Source of the DNA: Hypanus sabinus
Lineage: Eukaryota
Reading direction: 5' to 3'
Assembly: GCF_030144855.1 (NCBI RefSeq)
Contig: NC_082711.1
Span: 111,848,001 to 111,912,000 of the forward strand
Length of the DNA stretch: 64,000 nucleotides
Below are positions 26,436 through 50,200 of this stretch, in pieces (the stretch's first letter is position 1; every line of letters starts with the position of its first letter). The notes under the pieces were generated by a model. It saw only the letters and a list, made by a program, of their open reading frames with translations, was not told the DNA's origin and made no database searches. The position numbers and the translations under genes are program-made.

Positions 26436-27221
26436 TTGCCTTTACAAGGTGTTCTCGAAGTCAGTAAGGCCAGTGTCCACAATGCAGCTGGCTGAGTTTA
26501 CAACTTGCTGCAGCTTTTTCCAATCCTGTGCAGCGTGTGCCCTCCATACCCTCTGGTGATGCAACCAGAAATTATAATAGGAGTCTCACCTTTTGATTAA
26601 AGTATTACAGCATTGTATTAAATCAGAATCCTTGCTCTTAGTGAAACATTGTGGTGTTGTGTGAAAGTCTCAGAGGACACCGCATCGGGTTTAATTTTAG
26701 CGTGTCTCAGTGACCATCTACTAACACATTGGACAGCTGTTTCACGGTGAAACTGAATCTGGGACAAATGTTCCATGAACCACATTTAGGTTCATTCCCA
26801 ATGAGTCTTCAGTTACACCGAATCGATCACCGGAAAAGTACACTGGACTGAGCACATTGACTTTATTGTAAAGTTAGGGAGATGGTGGGCAAGATTAGGG
26901 TGGTTGTGTGGTGATGAGAATTGGTATGTCACTGAAGACCCTTGCAAATTTCTACAGATATACTGTGGAGAAAATTCCAACTGGCTGTGTAACCGTCTGG
27001 TATGGACGGGCCACTGCATAGGATCAGAAAAAGTTGCAGAGGGTTGCAAACTTAGCTAGCTCCATCATGGGCACCAGCCTCAAAAAGGCAGCATCCATCA
27101 TTAAGGACCCCCATCACCCGCTTTTCATGGCTACTATCATGGAGTAAGTACAGAACCTGGAAGACAGATACTGAACATTTCAGGAACAGATTCTTCAACT
27201 CCACATCAGATTTCTAAATGG

Positions 27222-27437
27222 CACAAAAATACAACTGCAGAAGCTGTGGATCAAAGAATACGTACACAACGCTGGAAGAACTCAGCAGGTCAGGCAGCAT
27301 CCGTGAGAAAAGAGTAGCCAAAGTTTTGGGCCGAGACCCTTCATCAGGAAATCAGGATTTCTCGGCCCGAAACGTAGGCTGCTCTTTTCTCACGGATGCT
27401 GCCTGACCTGCTGAGTTCTTCCAGCGTCGAGTATGTA
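27222..27437. mobile_element. 216-bp fold-back Penelope terminal-repeat mini-element
   Basis: ~75-bp inverted arms; exact 14-bp TSD AGATTTCTAAATGG (27208-27221, 27438-27451). Confidence 0.9.
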
Positions 27438-27521
27438 AGATTTCTAAATGGACAGTGAACACTACCTCACTGTTTTACTCCCTCTCTTTTTGCACTACTT
27501 AATTTTCTTTTTTAAACATAC

Positions 27522-27741
27522 TGTAGCGATGTGCTACACCCAGCGCTGAATTAACGACACGCAGTAAGTCGGTTAGTCGTTTCCAGACGAGTTTATTCAA
27601 ACTTGGCGGCGCTGGCATTTAATCCCGCGCGCCCGCCCTCTCCGGGCGGAAATGACGTCGGACGTGAATTACCAAAGTCACCCCCCCCGCGCGCTTGCTA
27701 TTGGTGAGCCGGTGCGCCTGCGCAGAAAGTGGGTCGCCGCA
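27522..27741 (-). mobile_element. Gypsy solo LTR, 220 bp
   Basis: TG...CA termini; TSD ATAC/GTAC (1 mismatch); minus-strand AATAAA; both ends similar to the LTR at 28485-28699. Confidence 0.8.
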
Positions 27742-28180
27742 GTACTGTAATATATTGTAATTTAAGTTTTTTATTATTATGGATTGCAATCTTCTGCTGT
27801 TGCAAAACAGAATATTTCACGACATATGCCAGTGATATTAAACACGATTCACATCCTGGTGTATACGGACTGCTCAATGGGGCGTGTGAAACTCAGGGAA
27901 ACGCGATACTCACATAGAATTCCAAGTGCACTGTGCCTAGAAAATTAGCTGAAGGCCGTGTTGCTGAGAACAATGGTAAACATTTTTCAAACAGGAATGA
28001 GGCAGACAATGCTACAGACAAGGTACAATGGTTCTTTTTAATGCCAAATACCTTAATTTGTGTTAGGGATAACATTTCACATTTGGCAGATGAAGTAAAA
28101 TTAAGAAATGAAAGCCACAGAAAAGTTTGCTGGAGGAACTCAGCAGGTCAGGCAGCATTCGTGTGGGCAAAGGGACAGCT

Positions 28181-28699
28181 TGTAGCGGTGTGCTACAAGC
28201 AGCGCTAAAATTACGACACGGAGTCGGTAACTGCAGTCGAAGGAAAAAACTTTATTCGAAAACTTCAGCCTCACTTTTAAGCCTCTGTCAACCGGCCCCC
28301 CATGGCGAAGAGGCTCCAAAGCTCTGTGCTCGCAAACCCCCGTAGGCTATCTAATTGTGAGTCGGTTCGCATACGCTAGGAAATGAGCCGCCAGAAACCC
28401 GGCAGTTTCAACGAAACCGCATGAACAGAGGCGGCGTCGGTCATTTCTGGTCCAAAAATCGTTTGGACCGTCGGGGTCACCAATTGTAGCGGTGTGCTAC
28501 AAGCAGCGCTAAAATTACGACACGGAGTCGGTAACTGCAGTCGAAGGAAAAAACTTTATTCGAAAACTTCAGCCTCACTTTTAAGCCTCTGTCAACCGGC
28601 CCCCCATGGCGAAGAGGCTCCAAAGCTCTGTGCTCGCAAACCCCCGTAGGCTATCTAATTGTGAGTCGGTTCGCATACGCTAGGAAATGAGCCGCCACA
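28181..28699 (-). mobile_element. Miniature two-LTR Gypsy derivative (TRIM-like), 519 bp
   Basis: LTRs 28485-28699 and 28181-28393 match by eye; TSD AGCT; PBS-Trp 28469-28482; gag stub MTDAASVHAVSLKLPGFW. Confidence 0.93.
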
Positions 28700-28989
28700 A
28701 GCTGATATTTCAGGGTGACACCCTGCATCAGATTGAGTGTAGAGTGAAGGGAGCAGAAAAAGCTGAGAAAGGGGATGGTAGGTAATAAGTGGAATCGGGT
28801 GAGATGTGGGTTGATGTGCCAGACTTGGGCAGAAGTTTTGATACAGTGCCAGGCAGCCTCACACTACATTCCCCCTTCCTTCCCTCCACCAAGCTCCATT
28901 CGCTCAAATTCTTTTACTGTCTCCCCCATCACCCAATAATCTGTTTTAAAAATCCTCCCACCTCTAGTTGATCCTGCAGAACAGTTTTG

Positions 28990-31745
28990 TCATTTGAAAT
29001 TGACAGGTATGTCGTTGTGGGTGTCATGGAGTCGTGGCTGGAAGATCATAGTTGGGACAGGCAGGTAGGCAGAGAGGGTGTTGTGGCTCTGTTGGTAAAA
29101 AATGAAATCAAATCCTTAGGATCCATAGAATCAGGAGATGTACAATCGTTAGATGTAAAGTAAAGGAACTGCCATGGTAAAAAGATCCATATGGAAGCTA
29201 CATGCCTACCTCTGAATGATGGCCAGGATGTGGGCTACAAATTAGAATGGGAGATAGAAAATGCATGTAAAAAGGGCAATGTTGCGATAGTTATGGGTGA
29301 TTTCAATATGCAGGTAGATTGGGAAAATCAGATTGATGCTGATTTTGGATCCCCAGTGAGATACTTTGTAGAACGCCCACAAGAATGCTTTTTAGAGCAG
29401 CTTGTGGTTGAGCCACAAGGGGATCAGCTATTCTGGATTGGATGCTGTGTATTGAAACAGATTTTATTAGGGAACTAGAAGGCAGTGATCATAATATGAT
29501 AGAATTCATCCTGCAGTTTGAATTGGAGAAGTCAGACGTATCAGTATTACAGTGGAGAAAAGGGAATTACAGAGGCAGGAGAGAGGAATGAGCCAAGGTT
29601 GATTGGTAGGGGATACTAGCAGGGATGATGGCAAAGTAGCAATAGCCCATTGACCTGCACCCAGACCATAGCCCTCCATACCCTTGCCTTTCATACACCC
29701 ATCAAAACCTCTCTTAAATGTTGAAGTTGAGCTGGCACGCACCACTCGCACTGGCGGCTCATTCCACACTCTCACGATCCTCTGAGTGAAGTTTCCTCTC
29801 ATTCTCCTTTTCACCTTGTACCCTTAAACCATGACCTCTAATTATAGTCCCACCCAACCTCAGTGGAAAAACCCTGCTTGCATTTACCTTATTTGATAGA
29901 TGTATACAAAATTATAAGGGGTATCTATAACAAAATATGCCAGTCAGCATGGTTTCCTTAAGGAAAGAACTCATCTGACAAAACTGTTGGAATTTTTTTG
30001 AGGAAATAATAAGCAGGACAAAGGTGAATCAGTGGATGTTGTATTCTTGGATTTACAGGCCTTCGACAAGGTGCCACACGCAAGGCAGATTACAAGTTAA
30101 GAGCCCATGGTATTCCAGAAAAAAAATACTGGCAGGGTGGGAATAAAGACAGCCTTTTCTGATTGGCTACTGATGACTAGTGCTGTTGGGACTGTTTTTT
30201 TACATTGTATGTCGCTATTTGGATGAAGGAATTGATGATGTTATGGCCAAGTTTACAGATGATACAAAGATAAGTGGAGGGGGAAATGTTGAGGAAGCAG
30301 GGAGTCTGCAGATGGGCTTAGAAGTTTAGGAGCATGAGCAAAGAAGTGGCAGATGGAATACAGTTTCAGGAAGTCTATGGTCATGCACTTTGGTACAAGG
30401 AATAAAAGCATAGACCTTCTTCCTATGTGGGTAGAAAATTCAAAGATCAGAGGTGCAAAAGGGCCTTGGGAGTCCTCGTGCAGGATCAACACAGGTTGAT
30501 TTGGTGGTGAGGAAGGCAAATATCTCGTTACCACTTAGAGAGGACTAGAATATAGAAACAAGGTTCTAATGCCGAGGCTTAATAAGGTACCGAATATTGT
30601 GAGCAGTTTTGAGCCCCTTATCTGGTAAATGGTGTGATGACATTGGAAAGTTCAAAAATAATTCCAGGAATGAAAGGCTTATCATATGAGGAATGTATGA
30701 TGGATCTGGGCCTGTACTCACTGGAATCCACTAGAATTACCGTTGAAAGACCTAGATAAAGTGGATGTGGAAAGGATGTTTTATATAGTGGGGAAAGTAT
30801 AGGACTAAGATGGCACAACCTCAGAATAGAGAGACATCCATTTAGAAAGGAGTTGAGGAGGAATTTCTTTAGCGAGGGGTTGGTGAATCTGTGGAAATTG
30901 TTGTAACAGGCAGATGCAGAGACTAGGTCATCAAGGGTGTACTTAAGGTGAAGGTCAATAGATTCTTGATAAGTCAGGGCATGAAAGGTTACAGGGAGAA
31001 AGTGTCGTGGTTACTTGAAATGACCAGGAGACGCAGACAATTCTTCAAGAAGTTTAAACCTTTATTTGCAAACAAAGGCTGAGGCAATCAATGAACTTGT
31101 CACCGAAAGCCCGCCGAGCTCCGGTGTACAGCATTCTTTATAGTAATTGCTTACCTCAGTTACATTCCGGTTTCATCAGCATACCCAATCAATTTATAAT
31201 TGCATATCATCTATATATTAACTAATCAATCGCTGTTGCCGAGCTCTCAGTGCGTCACCATTATTTTTCACCCATTCGCATTGGGACCTTATTCGTGGCC
31301 AAGATTGTTTTCCAGACAACCTCCCTCACATTACATTCCTGCTCGCAGCATCCTGTCTGCCACCGTTATCTCGTACTAAACAAAGGCTGAGTGTAATACA
31401 TGGGATACATCTCAGCTAGTAGTGCTGCTAAACAAACAGGTGTTCTTTAATTGCCATAATATGCAGCTAAGAGAGTACAAAGTATCTAGTGAAAACAACA
31501 CATAACAAAATGTGTCTAGTAAAATAATACATATTAATATTCAGTACCTAGAAGAGATTACATAGTATAGTAAATAGCTAATACATGATTATATTTCAGG
31601 TATATATAGTGGTTATGTCAGATATATTTCTCAATAAAAGCAGGGTAATGGGGTTGACAGGGAAATTGACCAACCATGATCAAATGGCAGAGCAGATTTG
31701 ATTAACCAAATAACCCAATTCTGCTCCCATTGTCTTATGGTCTCA
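28990..31745 (+). mobile_element. Old fragmented CR1 (endonuclease to 3'UTR) with an internal inverted CR1 piece and an LTR insertion
   Basis: VMGDFNMQVDW; SQHGF; KFTDDTK; CR1 3'UTR at ~31640-31745. Confidence 0.85.
31003..31636 (-). mobile_element. Solo LTR (ERV- or Gypsy-type), 634 bp
   Basis: 4-bp TSD AAAG (30999-31002, 31637-31640) splitting a CR1 3' end; TGT left terminus, ATA (mutated ACA) right terminus; minus-strand AATAAA at 31061-31066. Confidence 0.75.
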
Positions 31746-33753
31746 GGATCTCAACTTGAATTATCAGCCAACCGCTTGTTGCATTTACTGATGACCCATT
31801 GTTTTTCACTCCAGATTCCTCCATCTCCCAAAGAAATGGGAAGGTTACTAACATATTTCATGTGTCTGCATTCCCTGCGCAAAGGTGGTCCTATCAAACA
31901 GATCTTGAGGACATATATTACTCTCTTCACCAGTGCATTCTGCAAAGCACAAGGGCTGATGTGATTCAAAAGTAGCAGAATTTAGACTGCACACAAAAGC
32001 CTGCAGCCAGTGATGGAGAAGGACGTGAGAAGATCCTTGCCTGCAGGGTGAACCGCACACTTCATGAGTCTACTGTGTTGTTGGTAACCATTTGTCAGAT
32101 GAATAAGACACAATATACCAGGGTCTCTCTCCCCCTTATTTATGACATTTACTGGGAGTGTAGATGAAGGGCCTGAAGCTTTGTTGAAGATCCAAACCAT
32201 CTATTCCACAATCTCTTTGGCCCTCTACCATCAGGACTAGGATGGCCAGACAGGGTATCAGCTTCTTCCCTTAGGCTGTGAGACTAATGTATACCCTACC
32301 ACCACCACCACCAAGGTTTTGTCACTAGGACAGCAAGCTGTTTACCTGCACACAACATGCATTTTGAATTATATTTTATTAACTTATGGTAATATTTTGT
32401 TGTATGCGCTGTGTTTGATGTATCCTTTGTGGGTGCATTGTGGTCCAGAGTACTGTTATATTTTATATATATGACAAGCTTAAACTTGAATATACTTAAC
32501 AATCCTTAACCCAATGCTTCCAAGTCCACCCATACACAAAATTTCAACCAATTCCAGCAAGAGCAGTTAATGCATTGTAATTGAGACATTTTTTGTGAGG
32601 ACAATATTTGCTTGTGCTTTGTATAATCAGTGGGGAGGGGGGGGGGGAAGGGGTCTGACAACTGAGACAACTATCACCACACATCCTGCCAGGCTTTCCA
32701 GTTCCTCTCCTGTACACTCTCACAAATTAATTGTGTCCTCCTCTGTCTCTTTCACAAAGCCATATGGATCTGGCTGGCATGGGGAATGCATCTTCATCGG
32801 CCATTGCCCTTCTTTGTATAGTGTTTAAATCCAAACATGGCTCCTTAGCACACTAAATCAACCTGCTACAAATAGTTCACTGGTCTATTCAGATTTTTTT
32901 TGTTTGTGGGAACCCAAATTGGTATTAATACTGCACTGAAGAAATTATCCGTATTCTAAGCTAATTTATAAATGTCTGTATTTTGAAGGCAGGAAGAGGA
33001 AACTGTGGGTGACAAGGGAAGTCAAAGACAGCAACAAAGCAAAAGAGAGGGTATATAATATAGCAAAACATTGTGGGAAGCTAGAGAATTGGGTTTTCAA
33101 AATCTTGAAGGAGCAGTGATGGGTACTTTATAAATCTAGCAAAAGGTAAAAGGTTCTGTGGGTAGGTGGAAACAGTCAAGGTTGCAGTCACATCAGAATC
33201 AGCTCTCAAGAGCAGCAGCCACTAGGAGCAGAAGACCACCAGGCCCTTTGAAGCTACCCCAACATTTAATATGATCGTGGCTGAATGCTACCACTCTGAC
33301 TAATGCATTTACTATTGGACTTCAAGAGGAAGAACGGTTGAAACCACAGTTTCAAATTCAAGAAAGATAGTCAAGAGTTAAAAGTGTTGCTTCTTAGGGA
33401 GATAACACTACTGCATTTAACTCTAGATTACACCGCAACAGAAATTTAATTTGCAGTCAGTCCAGAAAGTGACTAGTACATGTGAAATGAAGGGTCCAGT
33501 GGAGGGGTCTGCAGCAGTCCATCAGACAATTCCTTCAGAATCCACCTGTAAGCACGAGGACATGAACACCAGTCACTATGCTTACTGATGGCAACATATT
33601 GGCAAGATGAGAGGTACTTTTACAACTTTATATCAGCTTTCAGCTGGGGGGGGGGTGGAGGGGGAAGATCAGTAACAACAATGACACCTCTTTATCAGCA
33701 GAAGAGATATTTCACAAGTCAAACTCGGGACGAACCAAGATTATAAAATTGAG

Positions 33754-33759
33754 TTTATT
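33754..33759 (-). terminator. Probable polyadenylation signal AATAAA of the carrier gene (3'UTR ~33730-34879)
   Basis: First canonical AATAAA I found on the minus strand after the stop; followed by U/GU-rich sequence; intervening region is repeat-poor. Confidence 0.55.
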
Positions 33760-34879
33760 CTTACAGATGAAATTAAAATTTGCAAGTAGTCTTACTTCCA
33801 AGTATACAGTCTGAGTATGGTGCTCCGTATGGTAACCAGTTTAACAGCATAAAAGGCACCATTAAATAAATTATTACCAGAGGCACTGTTTGTTTAATGC
33901 CATTTCAATAGTGAAAACACCCAGGTAAAGGAGCAGTTACAAACTAAACTGCCAGAAATTGACACTGCCCCCCTTCCTCAGTGAAAATGTCAGTCATCTG
34001 ACAGTTCAATAACCCACAGGCATTTGGAGATGAGTTATTTAATTGTATATAATCACATTGGTACTTTTGCTCTGATAGAGCCAATGAGGAATAGATGTTG
34101 TTCAAGTGGACCTCAGCCTTGAATGACCTATTTTAATGCATCACTACAGTAACATCAACACGTTAAATTGGTGAGTCTTAGTTGAACCAATTACAGGAAA
34201 CATGGCTCATGATCAGCATTGAAGAGGAACAAAGATGGCCTGCTAAAGTACTTGGGGGAGGGGGTGGAATACACAATGGATTAGTTCCTAAGCAGACATT
34301 CCTACAAGGTAACATTGATTGTCTCTGCCATGTTTGTGTGGGCAGTTCAATGCTGAGATTAGCAATCTCTCAGGTGAGGAAGTGTGACAGGTTGTGAAAC
34401 CAACAGTAATGGTTCTCAGGGCAAAACAAGGTGGGTGATAAGGGCTAAAGTCACTACTTCGGCTCTTGCCCACAATTTCAGATAGTTGCTCTTTTTCTTA
34501 CACTTCAATGTGCCTACTTGGGGTAATTAGTTTAAATTAGGGTTACTTCACAGGCTCAGAAAGTGTAATCAATGTATAAAAAGGTTTTAAATACTGTTAA
34601 CTGTACAAAGATGCATTCCAATTTTTCATGAGTAAAAAATGAATACGGAGCTAGAGAACAAAGTTTGGCCCCTTGGTTTAACCATTCTTTCATAACACAA
34701 GACATTCTTCACACACCAACCATCCTGCAATATGCTTCCTCTACCTCCCAACACCTTCCCAACACCAATGTGAACAGCAAAGTCATCGTGAACCTTCCAA
34801 TCAAGGCAGTAGTGTCTTGGTTACATGTTTGGCATTGCTCATTGTACAAGGTAGTTCTTCAGGAATGGATGATGTCAGA

Positions 34880-47261
<12,382 letters not shown>

Positions 47262-50200
47262 GTTAAATGTTATTTTTCACGGAAGGCACAAACCAGATGT
47301 CACACGGCACAGCTGAAGAGTCACCGGGAACCACAGCTTGGACTCTGAAGAACAAATTCATTAATTAATCTTATTAATTTACTTAATTTGCTAAAACTGA
47401 TAAGTAGACCTAGCTTTTCAAAATCACAATTCTTCAAAATAGCAGTCCCACAATGAGAAGAGCCAATTGTCCACTTCGGCCAATTATGCATCTACCTTAT
47501 TGTCCCACAAACTCCTTGACCATCCAAACCAACTGTTGCATTTAGGTAATTTAAATTTCACAAAACAATGCTTGTCAAGAGTTTGAATGTATTCACCAGA
47601 TTGAGTACAATAGTCAGCTCAAATACAGAAACTCCAAATATGAAATCTAACTTTGTCATGGGGAGTCCCAAGCCCAGCTGTGCAAGGAGGATTGGGTATG
47701 GGGCTAGCAAACACATCCCATAAAAACCCTGACCTACAGAAATGCAAACAGAAGCTCCAATGACCTCATCCTTAATAGAGGAAAGATCTTCAATGGGCTA
47801 CACCTTGAAAGACTGGCCCAGGGCAGAAGACTCTGGTAACCTGCCGTCGGCAGCCCATGCCCCAGTAAGGGCGATGGACTTAAGAAGAAACATGAATTCT
47901 GGATCAAGGATCTTGTGGGATTAAAGCACTGGGACCTTGCCTCCTTCAGACTCGAGGCTACACAGTACAAGATTGGCAAGGACTAGAAGGGCTGAGATGG
48001 CCTGTTTCCATGCTGTAATTGTTATATGGTTATAAGATAGTAGAATGAATGCACTGACACATGAAATTCACAGCAGACACATAAAACACCGAAACATTAA
48101 CCAGTCATTCCAACTGTGTGGGGCAGCATGTGTCACACAGCTCTCACTGCTGGATGCCTACATTGGCAGCTGGCCGACCTGGCTCGCAAAGTCCCAAGTC
48201 GACAGCTAACTGTGACACACAGCGTCTGTGGGACAATGGGCTGCTCCTAAATACAAGAAACGCAGAATACAAAGTTCAAAATAAAGTAAATTTATTTATG
48301 AAAGTACAAAGATGTCATCAAGATCAGTTTATTTTTAACAAAGTGAAAAATAACCAAATTTTCCCTTCCCATCAGGCTATTTGAAATGATTAGTTCTGTT
48401 TAACAAAAGTGCAGAATCCATGATGTCATATACTTTCCCAGCATCATCACAGAAACCTACCAGGAAACCACAACACTTCCTCCACTTTGCTTTACAGTGC
48501 TCACCTTTGAGAGAAATATTGCAGAAGAATGAAGAGAGGCTAAAATAGTACAACTTTAAAGAAATGGCAAAAGAGGGACTAATCTGTGGAAGTGACAGGT
48601 CAGATTAACAATGAACAAGTGGGGAATAGAGAGCTACTGATCACTCAGAAGCAGGTGGGATTAGTTGTGTAGACATGATGGGACAAAACAGCCTATTCCT
48701 GTAGTGTATTTTTCTATGTCTGTGTTAAATCACAAGATTAACTATGCTACAGAATCACCAAACATCTGTAATTTACTATCAAATTAAGGAAGCCATCTGA
48801 AATACAACAAAAACAGGGGAAGTCGGTGGGAAAAAAATTGGACCGGGCCCCTTAGAATCAAACTAAATTGAGTAAGCTATTAAGTTGCAGGCACTTTGTA
48901 ACATGAGATACGATTCCGGATCATGTGACTCTGTATCTGACCTATTCTTAAGCATGAATCTGTAATCTAGTCTAAGGGATGCAAGGCAAGCACTAGCTTC
49001 AGAGTACTTTCCAAATCCACTTTTAGCAACATAATCACAGTGTGAGGGGACACCACTCCAACCATTTTTTGGCTGCCAAACTGTACACTAGTCACATGTA
49101 ACTTTCAATACACTACAACTCTATTTACTGTTTACCTGCGCTGTGCACTATGTACACTTAAAACTGTATTTTACTGATTTATTTTTGGTAATGTTTTGTG
49201 GGTGCACTGTGGTCCAGAGGCATGTTGTTTTGTATACACACACACAAAACTTGCACTCATCTGGTACTATTTATTTATTACTTTTTGTGTTTGCAGTTTG
49301 CCTTCTTTCGTATATTTGCTGCTTGTCAGTTTTTTTGTGAAGTTTTCGATTGATTCTACTGTTAATGCCTGCAATAAAATTAATCTCTGGGTAGTATTTT
49401 GTGACATAAATGTACTTGGATCTACTTTGTCTGACATACTGTTTAACCAAGAAGTTTAAGAACCATTCTATTCCTCAAAGTTAGTCTGGAAAACTTGTAG
49501 AACTGTTTAAGAAGTTAACTCAAAATTGCATGGATTATAAATTAAATCCTCATTTGTATAATGACAAAGCAATATCACTCTACAGGAAGAGAAATCCAGG
49601 TCTTTTTAAAAGCTACAATGGTTGTTTCATCACACATTTAAAGTCATGACTGCAGATATTTCAGCTCTGCTAACAAAACTTCTGTTTTTCCCAGAGATTA
49701 ATTAGCAGTGCATTTTGGAAAACCTCATTAAGATCGAGGTCTTTCAGAAACAATGGCATTCAGGCTTGAGATGAAAACCAAATGCAGAAAAACCACAAAA
49801 TTCAAGATATTCTAACACTGGTTCACTAGAAAAACCACAGCCACTTATCACCAACAACAATCTAACTCAATGACAAGTCAACATATTTCATTCCTCTAGA
49901 TGATATTTAACGTTGAAACTTCAGTCTTATATCCAAAGTCATCCGAGTCCCCAAATATTTCAAACTCCTGCTGTCTCATCTTAGGACTGAAACCAATGCG
50001 AACCATGGGTGTCACAGTAACAGCAGTGAGAGCAATACTATTATAGGTCAGGGTGTTTTGAAGTTCAATTCCTGCACCACCTGTAAAGAGTTTGTATGTT
50101 CTCCCCGTGATTGTCTGGTTTTCTTCCGGGAGCTCTGGTTTCCTTCCACAGTCCCACTGGTTCATAGATTAATTGGTCATTGTAAATTGTCCTGTGATTA

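Noticed and set aside
28181-28699. Simple tandem duplication or assembly stutter
   Set aside because: TG...CA termini, AGCT TSD, PBS and gag start show it is an LTR element, though a read-level check is still advisable
31698-32200. Overlapping 70-90 aa ORFs in unique-looking sequence
   Set aside because: No recognisable domain or splice support; such lengths are expected by chance
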